Source: an uncultured Planctomycetia bacterium
Lineage (GTDB): Bacteria; Omnitrophota; Gorgyraeia; Duberdicusellales; Duberdicusellaceae
Reading direction: 5' to 3'
Assembly (NCBI GenBank): GCA_964634935.1
Contig: CAZWJT010000008.1
Location: forward strand, 26,063 to 90,062
DNA: 64,000 nucleotides
Below the pieces are notes generated by a model that was not told the origin of the DNA, did not search any database, and worked only from the letters and a program-made list of their open reading frames with translations. Below are positions 18,866 to 33,649 of this stretch, one piece after another (the first letter of the stretch is position 1; each line of letters begins with the position of its first letter). Made by a program: the position numbers and the translations under genes.

Positions 18866-20059
18866 CTACCGTTTTTTATAGGCGGTTGACATACCCCGAA
18901 TCTTGGCAATAACCTGGGCCAAAACCTGCACTGTATAGTTTATTTCCTCCTCTGTAGTAGATCTCCCCATGCTGATACGTATCGAACCATGGGCGCGCTC
19001 AGGAGTAATTCCGGTCGCAAGAAGTACGTGTGAAGGGTCGAGCGATCCTGACGCGCAAGCAGAACCCGTCGAAACAGCAATGCCTGCAAGATCAAGGTAT
19101 AAAAGAATCGCTTCGCCTTCTGCCCCCTCGAATGAAACATTCAATGTTCCTGCTAAACAATCATTGGGATGCCCGTTAAAAGAAATATCCGGAATGCTTT
19201 TCTCGATTTCCGCTTGCGCTTTTTGCTTTAATTCAAAAAGTCTTTTTGATTCATCGCGCATCTCTTGATCACGCAGCTGAACTGCTTTCCCAAAACCAAT
19301 AATCCCAAGCGTATTCTCAGTCCCTGCCCGACGCCCGCCTTCCTGATGGCCGCCGCGAATAAATGGACAGAAAGACACGCCTTTTTTTACATAGAGCGCC
19401 CCTACGCCCTTGGGACCGTAAATCTTATGTGCGGAGAACGAGAGAAAATCAACATCCAGCTCTTTTACGTCCACGGGGATTTTCCCGACTGCCTGCACCG
19501 CATCGGTATGAAACAAAACCCCCTTGGAATGGACAAGCTGAGCAATCTTTCTTATATCTTGTATCGTTCCGATTTCGTTATTCGCCATCATCACCGAAAC
19601 AAGAAGGGTTTCGGAATCAAGCATTGAGGCAAGTTGATCAATGTTCATTTTCCCGTAGCGGTCAACATCGATGTATGCTACAGAGTTTCCGCGCTCAAGC
19701 AGGCACTTTGCGGTTTCAAGTATACAAGGATGTTCGATCCTGGTCGTAATAACCTTGTGTTTTTTCCCACAGGCTGAAGTACAATGATACGAAGAACTAC
19801 AGGAAGATATATTAAAAACAGTATTATTGGCTTCGGAACCGCTCCCGACGAAAATCAACTCGCTGGGCTGAGCTCCGATAAATGCCGAGATTGTCTCACG
19901 CGAATCCTCAATTGCCTTGCGGGAGTCTCGGCCGAATCCATGTAAACTCGAAGGATTTCCAAAGAGGTCAAGAGCCTGAACAAGCACCTTCTTAACTTCC
20001 GGATGAATAGGTGTTGTCGCGTTGTGATCAAGGTAAATGCGTCTTTTTTCCATAGTCAT
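18866..20059 (-). CDS. nifS: Cysteine desulfurase (NifS/IscS class)
   Basis: MTMEKRRIYLDHNATTPIHPEVKKVL... with PLP-lysine motif SFSAHKIYGPKGVGALY and active-site region STGSACASG. Confidence 0.93.
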   Translation of the reverse strand: MTMEKRRIYLDHNATTPIHPEVKKVLVQALDLFGNPSSLHGFGRDSRKAIEDSRETISAFIGAQPSELIFVGSGSEANNTVFNISSCSSSYHCTSACGKKHKVITTRIEHPCILETAKCLLERGNSVAYIDVDRYGKMNIDQLASMLDSETLLVSVMMANNEIGTIQDIRKIAQLVHSKGVLFHTDAVQAVGKIPVDVKELDVDFLSFSAHKIYGPKGVGALYVKKGVSFCPFIRGGHQEGGRRAGTENTLGIIGFGKAVQLRDQEMRDESKRLFELKQKAQAEIEKSIPDISFNGHPNDCLAGTLNVSFEGAEGEAILLYLDLAGIAVSTGSACASGSLDPSHVLLATGITPERAHGSIRISMGRSTTEEEINYTVQVLAQVIAKIRGMSTAYKKR

Positions 20060-20122
20060 ACTGCCCCATATCGGGTAGTTTATTATACCGCAAAATTAAA
20101 AAAGGGGAAAACCAAATGCCTC

Positions 20123-21034
20123 CTACTTACTGTACAAAAACATCCGTTCAACAGCCGAGCGGGCCTTCTGAGCGATATCTCCCGGCACCACTACTTCATC
20201 GCGCATATGCTCAAGAGAAAATAAAACTCTTTCCAAGGTGATTTTTTTCATATTGGGACAAATGGCCCGAGTTGTCGCGGGATAAAATTTTTTCTCAGGA
20301 TATTTTTCCTGCAGAACCAAAGCCAGCTCTTTTTCTGTTGCGATAATAAATTCCTGATGTTGAGATTGAGCGACAAAACGTAACATTCCGCCGGTAGAAA
20401 GAATCTGGTCGGATTTATTTAACACGCCGCCCAAACACTCAGGATGCGATAAAACCTGCGCCCGGGGATATTTTTTCTTCTGCTCGTCGATATCCTCCGG
20501 AAGGATTTTCGCGTGCGTCGGGCAGTATCCGGGCCATACAATGAACGTGCGATTTAAGACTTTCGCGGTATATTCAGCCAGATGTTTATCGGGAACAAAA
20601 ATAACCGGATCTGTTTCCTGAAACATTCCCTTCACGACCGCGACTGAATTTGCTGACGTACAGCATACATCGGATTCTGCCTTGACTTCGGCGGAAGAAT
20701 TCACATAACAGACAACGCGGGCATCCGGATTTTTTTGTTTTAGAGCGCGTAAGCCGTCAACAGTAACCATATTTGCCAAAGGACAACCCGCTTTTTTTTC
20801 GGGAATAAGCACTGTTTTATCCGGCGAAATAATTTTTGCTGTTTCGGCCATAAAATAAACCCCGCAGAACACAATGACCTGGGCATCGGTTTTTGAAGCT
20901 TCGATACTCAACCCCAAAGAATCACCGCAAAAATCAGCGATCCTCTGGACTTCAAGCGGTTGATAATTATGGGCGAGAATAACTGCGTTCCGCTTTTTCT
21001 TCAAAACCTGTATTTTTTCGATGATTTTTTCCAT
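20123..21034 (-). CDS. nadA: Quinolinate synthase A
   Basis: VILAHNYQPLEVQRIADFCGDSLGLS...VIVFCGVYFMAETAKIISP...VCYVNSSAEVKAESDVCCTSANS. The likely start is MEKIIEK at 21034; the track ORF extends to 21148. Confidence 0.9.
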   Translation of the reverse strand: MEKIIEKIQVLKKKRNAVILAHNYQPLEVQRIADFCGDSLGLSIEASKTDAQVIVFCGVYFMAETAKIISPDKTVLIPEKKAGCPLANMVTVDGLRALKQKNPDARVVCYVNSSAEVKAESDVCCTSANSVAVVKGMFQETDPVIFVPDKHLAEYTAKVLNRTFIVWPGYCPTHAKILPEDIDEQKKKYPRAQVLSHPECLGGVLNKSDQILSTGGMLRFVAQSQHQEFIIATEKELALVLQEKYPEKKFYPATTRAICPNMKKITLERVLFSLEHMRDEVVVPGDIAQKARSAVERMFLYSK

Positions 21035-21053
21035 ACGACTTCCTGTATTCTGA

Positions 21054-22052
21054 TTATTTTTTACTGTGGCCAAAACCCCTGGCGATTGTGCGCCCGATTG
21101 ACCGAACCATTCCCGTGATACACTGATAACATTTTTCCGACTCTTCATCGATGCATATTTTTTCAGGATAAATTTGGTAGTGTTTACGAAACTCTCGTGG
21201 AGTCATATTTGGCATAATCACGTTTGCTCCGCAAAGAAGCGCCTTCTTGCGTCCATTGGAATCAAGTGTCCCTGTCGCGGTTGTCGCTGGAATATGGGCG
21301 TTCTCCGTCACCAACCGCGTAAGCGCAATAACCTTCAACACCAGCTCCAAAGATGTCTTCTTAGTCCCGGCGAGCGGTGTTTCCGGATGCGCTAAAAATG
21401 GACCAACGCCAACCATGTCCAACTGCAAATCCCGAAACAACAAAATATCTTGAGCCATACTTTCATCTGTTTGCCCGGGAAGCCCGAGCATCGTGCCTGA
21501 ACCAACCTGAAAATCAAGCCGCCTTAAACTCTCCAAGCAGAGAAACCGTCTGGAAAAAGAAGAATCGGGCTTTAAAACCCGGTATAGCCGTTCATCAGAA
21601 GTCTCGAATTTTAAAAGATACCGCTCAGCTCCCGCGTCACGGAAACTCTTCAAATCAGAATAACGCTTCTCCCCCAGAGAAAGAGTTATCGCAAGATTAC
21701 AATCCTGCTTAATCCTTTTGATAAGCCGGCACAGTGTCGCCCGCGAATAGAAAGGATCTTCGCCGGACTGTAAAACTACTGTTCGAATCCCAAGCGCTTG
21801 AGCGGTTCGGCAAGCAGCAAGAATCTCTTCAACGCTTAACCGGTACCGAAATAACTTCTTATTACCACGACGCAAGCCGCAATACAAGCAATTTTTTACG
21901 CATACATTGGAAAATTCAATGATCCCGCGCACATGAACCCCTCGGCCCATGAAGCGCTTCCGAAGATTATCGGCTCTTGAAAAAAGACGCTGACACCGAA
22001 TATTATCTTTTTCGCGCAATGCCGCAAGAATTGTGTCTTTGGTATAACTCAT
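21054..22052 (-). CDS. Radical SAM enzyme, HydE-like (BioB/ThiH/HydE family)
   Basis: IIEFSNVCVKNCLYCGLRRGNKKLFRYRLSVEEILAACRTAQALGIRTVVLQSGEDPFYS. This is the CxxxCxxC radical SAM motif in the CxKNCLYCGLRR context I recall for HydE. C-terminal Cys cluster KICIDEESEKCYQCITGMV. Overlaps thiE by 50 nt. Confidence 0.8.
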   Translation of the reverse strand: MSYTKDTILAALREKDNIRCQRLFSRADNLRKRFMGRGVHVRGIIEFSNVCVKNCLYCGLRRGNKKLFRYRLSVEEILAACRTAQALGIRTVVLQSGEDPFYSRATLCRLIKRIKQDCNLAITLSLGEKRYSDLKSFRDAGAERYLLKFETSDERLYRVLKPDSSFSRRFLCLESLRRLDFQVGSGTMLGLPGQTDESMAQDILLFRDLQLDMVGVGPFLAHPETPLAGTKKTSLELVLKVIALTRLVTENAHIPATTATGTLDSNGRKKALLCGANVIMPNMTPREFRKHYQIYPEKICIDEESEKCYQCITGMVRSIGRTIARGFGHSKK

Positions 22053-22653
22053 CAGAAAATAACTTTTGGAATTTTTTAATTTCCCCGGCTATGTCTTTTT
22101 TCTGAAGTACCGCTCCAATCGCGCAAAGACCTTGAGCTCCTGCCTGAAGAACCAAACGAGCGTTCGAAAGATTAATCCCCCCGACAGCAACTAAAGGAAG
22201 TGAGACTTCTTTCCGGATCTGAACGAGCAATTTTACCCCGCAAGGTTTCCCTGCGTCATGCTTTGTCTTTGTCGCAAAGATCGGCGCGACGCCAAGGTAA
22301 TCAGCTCCATCATCTTCAGCCGCGCGCGCCTCGTCTCTCGTGTGGACAGTCACTCCGATAAGCCGTTCTTTACCGAGGAGCCTCCGGGCAATCTTGCACG
22401 GCAAATCATCTTGTCCTAAGTGCACCCCGTCAGCGCCTACCGCTAAGGCAATATCAACTCGGTTATTGACGATAAAAATTTTCTTTTTGCAGAGTAACCG
22501 TATTTTTTTTGCCTCACGGTACATCCGTTCAGAAGACAAACCCTCTGCCCGATACTGGATAACACCAACATCCGCACGGAGCGCGGCTTTAATATCAGAA
22601 AAAATATTTTTCCGGCTCAGCGCGTGGTCGGTAATAAAGTAGTATCCTCTCAT
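22003..22653 (-). CDS. thiE: Thiamine-phosphate synthase
   Basis: MRGYYFITDHALSRKN...IQYRAEG...VNNRVDIALAVGADGVHLGQDDL...AVGGINLSNARLVLQAGAQGLCAIGAV. Confidence 0.9.
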   Translation of the reverse strand: MRGYYFITDHALSRKNIFSDIKAALRADVGVIQYRAEGLSSERMYREAKKIRLLCKKKIFIVNNRVDIALAVGADGVHLGQDDLPCKIARRLLGKERLIGVTVHTRDEARAAEDDGADYLGVAPIFATKTKHDAGKPCGVKLLVQIRKEVSLPLVAVGGINLSNARLVLQAGAQGLCAIGAVLQKKDIAGEIKKFQKLFSDELYQRHNSCGIARKR

Positions 22654-23453
22654 ACAAGATACACGTTCTGCCGAATCGAAAGCGTACGCGCGGGGGTATG
22701 CGCCAGAAAATCAAAAAGTTTTTCGCGGAATGTACCTGGTCCGTGCGCGCAAGACGCCGCTTTTTCTGCCGCACATTCAAAATAAACAAGCGCGGAAACC
22801 GCAGCAAGAAGGTAGTCGGACTCAACTCCAACGCAGGCTCCAATTAACGAAGCGACCATGCACCCTGTGCCTACAACTTCACCCATGATCGGGTGGCCAT
22901 TCCGTATGCAGTAACTCCTGACTCCGTCTGTTATCACATCTTCTTTCCCGGTCACCGCAACGACACACGAATGCGCAAGCGCAAACTCTTTGGCAATTCG
23001 ATACATTCCCTCAACCGAAGAGCTGTCTACTCCTTTCGTGATTACTTTTTTCCCGCTTAATCGAGCAATCTCTGAGGCATTCCCTTTGATGACCGCCATC
23101 TGCACTTTCCTGAGCAATTTCGCTGCGCTTTCGTTGCGAAATCGCGTAGCTCCAACTCCGCAAGGGTCAAAAACAACCGGTATCTTCTTCGCATTCGCAG
23201 CAGAACCCGCCGCGACTGCCGCCTGCACAAATAAAGAGGTTAAAGTTCCGATGTTTAAAACAAGACTCGAAGAAAGCCTGGTCATATCCGCAGCCTCTTC
23301 AGGCGCATGGGCCATGACCGGAGAAGCACCAACCGCTTTTACAGCTTGGGCGCAATCGAAAATCGTAACCCAATTGGTCAAATGATGAACCAGCGGACTC
23401 AGTTTACGTACGCGCTTAAAAATCCCCGGAACATCAATGTTTATTTTCCTCAT
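22650..23453 (-). CDS. thiM: Hydroxyethylthiazole kinase
   Basis: LSPLVHHLTNWVTIFDCAQAVKAVGASPVMAHAPEEAADM...VLNIGTL...VVFDPCGVGATRFR. Confidence 0.9.
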   Translation of the reverse strand: MRKINIDVPGIFKRVRKLSPLVHHLTNWVTIFDCAQAVKAVGASPVMAHAPEEAADMTRLSSSLVLNIGTLTSLFVQAAVAAGSAANAKKIPVVFDPCGVGATRFRNESAAKLLRKVQMAVIKGNASEIARLSGKKVITKGVDSSSVEGMYRIAKEFALAHSCVVAVTGKEDVITDGVRSYCIRNGHPIMGEVVGTGCMVASLIGACVGVESDYLLAAVSALVYFECAAEKAASCAHGPGTFREKLFDFLAHTPARTLSIRQNVYLV

Positions 23454-24060
23454 AGCCTTCTACGATTTTCTGTGTAATCAGAAACACGCCAAACTCAGCA
23501 AAAAGATTAGGAAATACCCTAATCTGTTTTCGTCCGGCTAAGTACGCTGCTTCAAGAATAGTAATCTTTTTTTCCTGGCAGTATCGCTGAAAATCAAGAA
23601 TACTGAAAAAACGGACGTTGGGCGTTTGATACCAGCGGTGCGGCAGACTGGCAGTCACCGGAGCAGTCCCAGAGAAAAAGAGTTTCAACCTCGACCGATA
23701 ATGGGCAAAATTCGGGAAAACAACGATCGTTTTCCGGGCAACACGCAGAGACTCTCCAATAACAAAATGCACATTCCTTACCTCCTGCAAACTCTCATTC
23801 AGCAGAACATAATCAAAAGATTGGTTCGGATATTCGGAAAGACCTTTCTCGATATCACCGTACAACACGCTAATCCCCTTTTCAACACACTGATGAATCG
23901 CTTCGTTATCAAACTCGATGCCCTGCCCACATATTTCTTTTTCGCGAATGAGAAGCTGCAGTAATTCTCCCTTCCCGCATCCAAGATCAAGAACGCGGCT
24001 CCTTGCCTCTACCATCTGATAAATTACCCGCACAACAAGCGGCAGCGCAGTAAACTCCAT
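23434..24060 (-). CDS. metW: Methionine biosynthesis protein MetW (class I SAM-dependent methyltransferase fold)
   Basis: SAM motif VLDLGCGKGELLQLL. Roughly 200 aa, immediately downstream of metX, the classic metXW arrangement. Confidence 0.8.
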   Translation of the reverse strand: MEFTALPLVVRVIYQMVEARSRVLDLGCGKGELLQLLIREKEICGQGIEFDNEAIHQCVEKGISVLYGDIEKGLSEYPNQSFDYVLLNESLQEVRNVHFVIGESLRVARKTIVVFPNFAHYRSRLKLFFSGTAPVTASLPHRWYQTPNVRFFSILDFQRYCQEKKITILEAAYLAGRKQIRVFPNLFAEFGVFLITQKIVEGYEENKH

Positions 24061-24068
24061 TATCTTCC

Positions 24069-25193
24069 CTATGTTTTCCGTAAAGTCTGATTAAGGAAAT
24101 TCCGGATGATCCTCGCCTGCTCATCAAATTCAATCAGAAAAGCATCGTGGCCATAGTTTGATTGTATCATAAAGTATGTCGCCTCGACGTTATGATTTTT
24201 TAAAACCCGGACAACTTCTTCGGATTGAGAAGCGGGATACAGCCAATCGGAATCACAGGCAAGAACCAAGAATCTTGCTTGCCGCGGTTTGCCGTGGGCA
24301 AAGAGAGCATCCCCGGAAAGATCGAAGTAGTCCATCGCCTTGGTGAGATATAAATATGAGTTTGCGTCGAAACGTTTCACGAACGCATCTCCCTGATAAC
24401 GCAGATACCCTTCAACCTCAAACTCGGTTGTAAAAGATGCTGCGATTCCTTCTTTCTTTTTCCGGCGCGAGAATTTATCTTCCATCGAACTTTGACTCAT
24501 ATAGGTAATGTGCCCAATCATCCGGGCTACTGAAAGCCCTTTATAGGGTTGTCCAAAATCGTAATAATTGCCTGCCCTCCATTCCGGATCCGCCATAATC
24601 GCCTGTCTGCCTACTTCACTAAAGGCAATTTGCTGGGGTGAATGTTTCAGAGCGGTTGAGATCGCAATGACATTCTCCACGCATTCCGGATAAATCGCGG
24701 ACCACAAAAGAGCCTGCATACCTCCCATGGAACCTCCGGCAACACAGAGAAGCTTCTTAATCCCCAGAAAGTCGACCAACTTTTTCTGGACACGAACCAT
24801 ATCGCCGATAGTGAGCAAAGGAAATTCAAGTCCATAGGGTTTTTTTGTTTTTGGGTTTATCGAGGAAGGTCCGGAAGTGCCTTTACACCCTCCTAAAACA
24901 TTTGAACAAATAATAAAATACCGGTCTGTGTCAAAAGCTTTCTGCGGACCAACCATATCGTCCCACCAGCCGGGCTTCTCATCCCCCTGATGATATCCTG
25001 CTACATGGGCATCTCCAGACAGGGCATGAGTGATGAGAATCGCGTTGGTCTTTTTACTATTCAATGTGCCGTATGTTTCATAGGCAATCTGAAGCAGCCA
25101 AAGTACCCCTCCTAATTCACACTGAAATCCTGTTTTTTCATCATAAAAATCACAGTACTCAGTCTGAACAAGCCCAACACTTTTTGAATCCAT
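24069..25193 (-). CDS. metX: Homoserine O-acetyltransferase
   Basis: Alpha/beta hydrolase with nucleophile elbow GGSMGGMQALLWSAIYP and the MetX N-terminal region ...GGVLWLLQIAYETYGTLNSKKTNAILITHALSGDAHVAG. Confidence 0.9.
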   Translation of the reverse strand: MDSKSVGLVQTEYCDFYDEKTGFQCELGGVLWLLQIAYETYGTLNSKKTNAILITHALSGDAHVAGYHQGDEKPGWWDDMVGPQKAFDTDRYFIICSNVLGGCKGTSGPSSINPKTKKPYGLEFPLLTIGDMVRVQKKLVDFLGIKKLLCVAGGSMGGMQALLWSAIYPECVENVIAISTALKHSPQQIAFSEVGRQAIMADPEWRAGNYYDFGQPYKGLSVARMIGHITYMSQSSMEDKFSRRKKKEGIAASFTTEFEVEGYLRYQGDAFVKRFDANSYLYLTKAMDYFDLSGDALFAHGKPRQARFLVLACDSDWLYPASQSEEVVRVLKNHNVEATYFMIQSNYGHDAFLIEFDEQARIIRNFLNQTLRKT

Positions 25194-25213
25194 GATTATA
25201 TTCTCCGCTTCAT

Positions 25214-26140
25214 CTATTCCTGAAAAAGCCAGGTCGAAAGATACCGCTCTCCGCAGCTCGGAAAAACAACTACAATTGTTTTTCCTTCTGATTCTTTGCG
25301 TTTGGCAACTTCAAGCGCAGCCCACAATGCCGCACCGCTGGAAATGCCGACAAGAATACCCTCCTCCCGGGCAAGCCTGCGCGCAAAAATACCCGCATCC
25401 TCATGGCGAACCTGGATAACTTCATCGATAATATCCCGGTTTAAAACCCGGGGAACAAACCCTGCCCCAATACCTTGGATTTTATGCGGACCTGGTTTAC
25501 CACCGGAAAGCACCGGAGAATCTTTAGGCTCAAGCCCGATTATTTTTACTTTTGGCTTACGCTTTTTCAAGACTTCGCCGACTCCGGTAATCGTCCCGCC
25601 GGTTCCTACTCCAGCAATAAAAATATCTACCGCGCCGTCTGTGTCATTCCAGATTTCTTCTGCTGTCGTCTTACGGTGAATCTCCGGATTAGCAGGATTA
25701 CTAAACTGCTGAGGAATGAAACTATTGGGGATGGACTTGGCCAATTCTTCAGCCTTCTCGACAGCGCCGCGCATTCCCTTCGAGCCATCAGTCAGCACAA
25801 GTTCTGCTCCGAGAATTTTTAAAAGTTGCCTCCGCTCCAGGCTCATTGTCTCAGGCATGGTGAGAATTAAACGGTACCCCTTGGCTGCGGCGACAAACGC
25901 AAGAGCAATACCGGTATTGCCGCTTGTCGGCTCAATGATTACCGATTCCTTAGCCAGCAGTCCTTTTTGCTCCGCATCTTCAATTAAAGCTACACCAATC
26001 CGATCCTTAACACTCGAAAGCGGATTGAAAAATTCAAGTTTCGCAAGTATCTTTACCGAAAGACCCTGAGCAATTTTATGAATCTGCACTAACGGCGTAT
26101 TGCCTACAGTTTTTGTGATATCGGTGAATATCCGCGACAT
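25214..26140 (-). CDS. cysK: Cysteine synthase A (O-acetylserine sulfhydrylase)
   Basis: Start [22 protein letters not shown] at 26140 with GGAGGA 7 nt upstream. PLP-lysine [11 protein letters not shown], glycine-rich loop [10 protein letters not shown]. The track ORF is extended upstream to 26431 in the same frame. Confidence 0.9.
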   Translation of the reverse strand: MSRIFTDITKTVGNTPLVQIHKIAQGLSVKILAKLEFFNPLSSVKDRIGVALIEDAEQKGLLAKESVIIEPTSGNTGIALAFVAAAKGYRLILTMPETMSLERRQLLKILGAELVLTDGSKGMRGAVEKAEELAKSIPNSFIPQQFSNPANPEIHRKTTAEEIWNDTDGAVDIFIAGVGTGGTITGVGEVLKKRKPKVKIIGLEPKDSPVLSGGKPGPHKIQGIGAGFVPRVLNRDIIDEVIQVRHEDAGIFARRLAREEGILVGISSGAALWAALEVAKRKESEGKTIVVVFPSCGERYLSTWLFQE

Positions 26141-26153
26141 AAAATCCTCCTGG

Positions 26154-27449
<1,296 letters not shown>

Positions 27450-27514
27450 TTACTCCTTTCTCAGAAAAACAGTGAAATCTGTCGGCCAGACACCAGTTTC
27501 CACGATACCTGCCC

Positions 27515-27715
27515 TTAGATTCCTCCTCCTTCCTCAATATACCAAACATCGTCAAAGCGTGTACGCCTGGTAATTTCTACCTGCACTATTTTTGAAGATT
27601 GCACCCGAATGGTTATAAAGCCATTGTCCAATTCGCACAGGGAATCCCGAATATCCTGGATAATCGCATCATTAATAACTGTCCCGGTAAAATTTTGAGT
27701 TTTGTGTAGCGCCAT
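27515..27715 (-). CDS. YezD/DUF2292-like small protein
   Basis: 66 aa. MALHKTQNFTGTVINDAIIQDIRDSLCELDNGFITIRVQSSKIVQVEITRRTRFDDVW fits the YezD pattern GxVTIxVQdgKVVQIExxEK, a family commonly linked to sulfur-metabolism operons. GGAGGAGG RBS upstream. Confidence 0.5.
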   Translation of the reverse strand: MALHKTQNFTGTVINDAIIQDIRDSLCELDNGFITIRVQSSKIVQVEITRRTRFDDVWYIEEGGGI

Positions 27716-27936
27716 TTTTTTCCTCCTCCGGATAAAAATCATCGTTTCGCGCACGGAAAAGATTTTTCTTTGGACAAACTGATTTTCTCTTATCCATCTT
27801 GCCCTTCCAAAGAAACGCTACACATGAAAACACCATGCGCATGGAATCCATACCGATACCAGTATTTTCTATCAAAAACTTGACAATCCCGCTGTATCAT
27901 ATAATCATACGTTTTTCCGGGCAATCATCTTCGGTG

Positions 27937-28377
27937 TTAAATCTGGTAAACACAAGGAAGAGAAAGTTTTGCTTGATGCATCTGCACTAAATCTGCCAAG
28001 GTAAAGGAAGTAAGAAATGCAACAATTGCTTCACTCAGTTTCTTCCAGATATCATGGGTAACGCAGACGGTATTGCGCGCGCAAGCGTCTTTACTCTTGA
28101 CGCACTCAACGATATTCAGATCACCCTCAAGAACCTGAACAATCTCCCGTAAGTTGATCTGGGCCGGGCTTCGGGTTAAAACATACCCTCCATGTACGCC
28201 CCTGCTTCCGGCAATAAGCCCATGAGATTTTAGAGCAATTACTATTTGACTTAAATATTTCTCCGATATGCCTGCTTTTTTGGCTATTGCCTTTAGAAAG
28301 ACTGGACCTTGCCCAGAATAGAGAGCAAGCTCAAGCATAAATCTAAGACCATAGCGAGAGCGAGTTGATATTTTCAT
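27937..28377 (-). CDS. Rrf2-family transcriptional regulator (IscR/CymR-like)
   Basis: MKISTRSRYGLRFMLELALYSGQGPVFLKAIAKKAGISEKYLSQIVIALKSHGLIAGSRGVHGGYVLTRSP is the canonical Rrf2 wHTH. Confidence 0.9.
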   Translation of the reverse strand: MKISTRSRYGLRFMLELALYSGQGPVFLKAIAKKAGISEKYLSQIVIALKSHGLIAGSRGVHGGYVLTRSPAQINLREIVQVLEGDLNIVECVKSKDACARNTVCVTHDIWKKLSEAIVAFLTSFTLADLVQMHQAKLSLPCVYQI

Positions 28378-28451
28378 CTTCTTTTTTATCCTGAATATTT
28401 TAATAAATATGATCTATATTAATCATTACTTAATCCATAGAATTAGTAGTA

Positions 28452-28479
28452 ATTATAAAGAAATAAACCTGCCTGTCAA
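28452..28479 (-). promoter_or_regulatory. Sigma70-type promoter for rrf2 (TTGACA-N16-TATAAT on minus strand)
   Basis: Minus-strand -35 TTGACA at 28479-28474, a 16 nt spacer, then -10 TATAAT at 28457-28452. About 70 nt upstream of the rrf2 ATG. Confidence 0.45.
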
Positions 28480-28505
28480 GAAAAAAATAAAATTAATCGA
28501 AAAGA

Positions 28506-28774
28506 TTAAACAGCGCAGGCAGGAGCATCAAAAATAATCGTAGCTTTGTTGTCTGATACCTCGAGAAAACCTCTTTGCAAAACGTCGAATATAACGTCCT
28601 TTCCCTGGGGTTCCGTTATGGTAATCTTCCCCTCTTTTAACTGCGCGATAAGCGGAGCATGGTGAGCCAGTATTCCAAGATATCCAAAGGCGGCGGGAAC
28701 AATAAGCGATACCGCGTAAGCCCGGTATAAAATTCCTGTGGGAGAAATAATGGTCAGTTCAAAAGATTCTTTCA

Positions 28775-28775
<1 letters not shown>
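28506..28775 (-). CDS. atpC: F1 ATP synthase epsilon subunit, short form (N-terminal beta-sandwich only)
   Basis: MKESFELTIISPTGILYRAYAVSLIVPAAFGYLGILAHHAPLIAQLKEGKITI... At 89 aa it lacks the C-terminal two-helix domain. Last gene of the atp operon. Confidence 0.8.
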
Positions 28776-32579
<3,804 letters not shown>

Positions 32580-33113
32580 TTATTTTTTAAGCTCCTGCCG
32601 CAGATTTTCTAATCTACGCTTCAGTGAAGCATCGATAACCACGTTACCTGAGATAATCTGTACGCCTCCCAAGAGTTCCGGGGCTAAATCCCAGTAGAGA
32701 TTGACTTTTTTCTGAAATTTCTTTTCTATCTTTTGCTTCAAATCCCGAATAAGATCAAGCTCTAACGGGTATGTGGTTTTTAATAAAACATCGATCGCAT
32801 CGGTATGCGAATAAGTCAACCGGATATAGTCAGCGATCGGCACGATAAAATCAATATGTTTTTTTACAAGCAGCAATTTCAGAAAATTCTTCAATTGCGG
32901 AGAAAATTCTGTCTTGAGAATATTCTCAAGACACTCGTATTTTTCCGAAAGAGTAATGCCGGGATTCCGAAGAAATTTTTCAAGCGCGGGATTCTCATCC
33001 AGAACCCATTTAAAGTTTTTTAATTCATCGATTGCTTGAGGGATGCCGATTGTTTCCTTGGCATGCCGCACAAAAGCATCCGCATAGCGCTTCGCAATGA
33101 TATCACTGGTCAT
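32580..33113 (-). CDS. atpH: F1 ATP synthase delta subunit (OSCP)
   Basis: 177 aa. IAKRYADAFVRHAKE... The position between atpF and atpA fits. Confidence 0.8.
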   Translation of the reverse strand: MTSDIIAKRYADAFVRHAKETIGIPQAIDELKNFKWVLDENPALEKFLRNPGITLSEKYECLENILKTEFSPQLKNFLKLLLVKKHIDFIVPIADYIRLTYSHTDAIDVLLKTTYPLELDLIRDLKQKIEKKFQKKVNLYWDLAPELLGGVQIISGNVVIDASLKRRLENLRQELKK

Positions 33114-33607
33114 GTGAGTGTATCCATTTCTTGAATCAGTTTTTCAACGATTTTCCGGTCATCGTCGCCGCTCAGTTTCTTCTCGAGAACTTTTCCCGTC
33201 GTATCCACCACAAAATCGATTAACTGATCTTTCAATTCTGCTTGCGCTTGCGTGATTTCGTATTTGATATTTTGCCTGGTAATTTCAATAATTTTTTGGG
33301 ACTCCTGGTGCGCGGCACGGGTGATTTCTTCAGCAAGCTTCTGAGCCTCATAGGAAGCTTGCTGAATTTTTTCCCTGCAGGTTGCGTCGATAACTGCCAT
33401 TTTCCGCTCGTAATCTTGCTTAAGATTCTCAGTTTCTTTTTTTGCGTCGGCAATAGCCTGCATCTCTGATTTTATCCGCTCAGAACGGGCATCAAGAAGT
33501 TTAAGAAATTTGTTCCAGAAAAAAATCCTTAAGACAAACAACAGGATAAGAAACGAGATAATTTGCACAACGATCGTGCTGCTGTCCAGTAATTTAAGAA
33601 GTTCCAT
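33110..33607 (-). CDS. atpF: Fo ATP synthase subunit b
   Basis: N-terminal TM (IVVQIISFLILLFVLRIFFW), then a long charged coiled coil. Confidence 0.8.
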   Translation of the reverse strand: MELLKLLDSSTIVVQIISFLILLFVLRIFFWNKFLKLLDARSERIKSEMQAIADAKKETENLKQDYERKMAVIDATCREKIQQASYEAQKLAEEITRAAHQESQKIIEITRQNIKYEITQAQAELKDQLIDFVVDTTGKVLEKKLSGDDDRKIVEKLIQEMDTLT

Positions 33608-33649
33608 AGAATATCTTCCCGGTTATAAGCCCATTCCCAAAATGCCTTG

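Noticed and set aside
21774-21790. GTTCGAATCC, a tRNA T-loop-like string
   Set aside because: It lies inside the radical SAM coding sequence, with no acceptor or anticodon stem context. I saw no convincing tRNA elsewhere.
27880-27906. Plus-strand TTGACA-N14/15-TATAAT-like box between the yezD-like gene and rrf2
   Set aside because: The spacing is off. It would fire antisense into rrf2, with no plus-strand gene downstream. It is probably fortuitous in AT-rich intergenic DNA, though an antisense RNA cannot be excluded.
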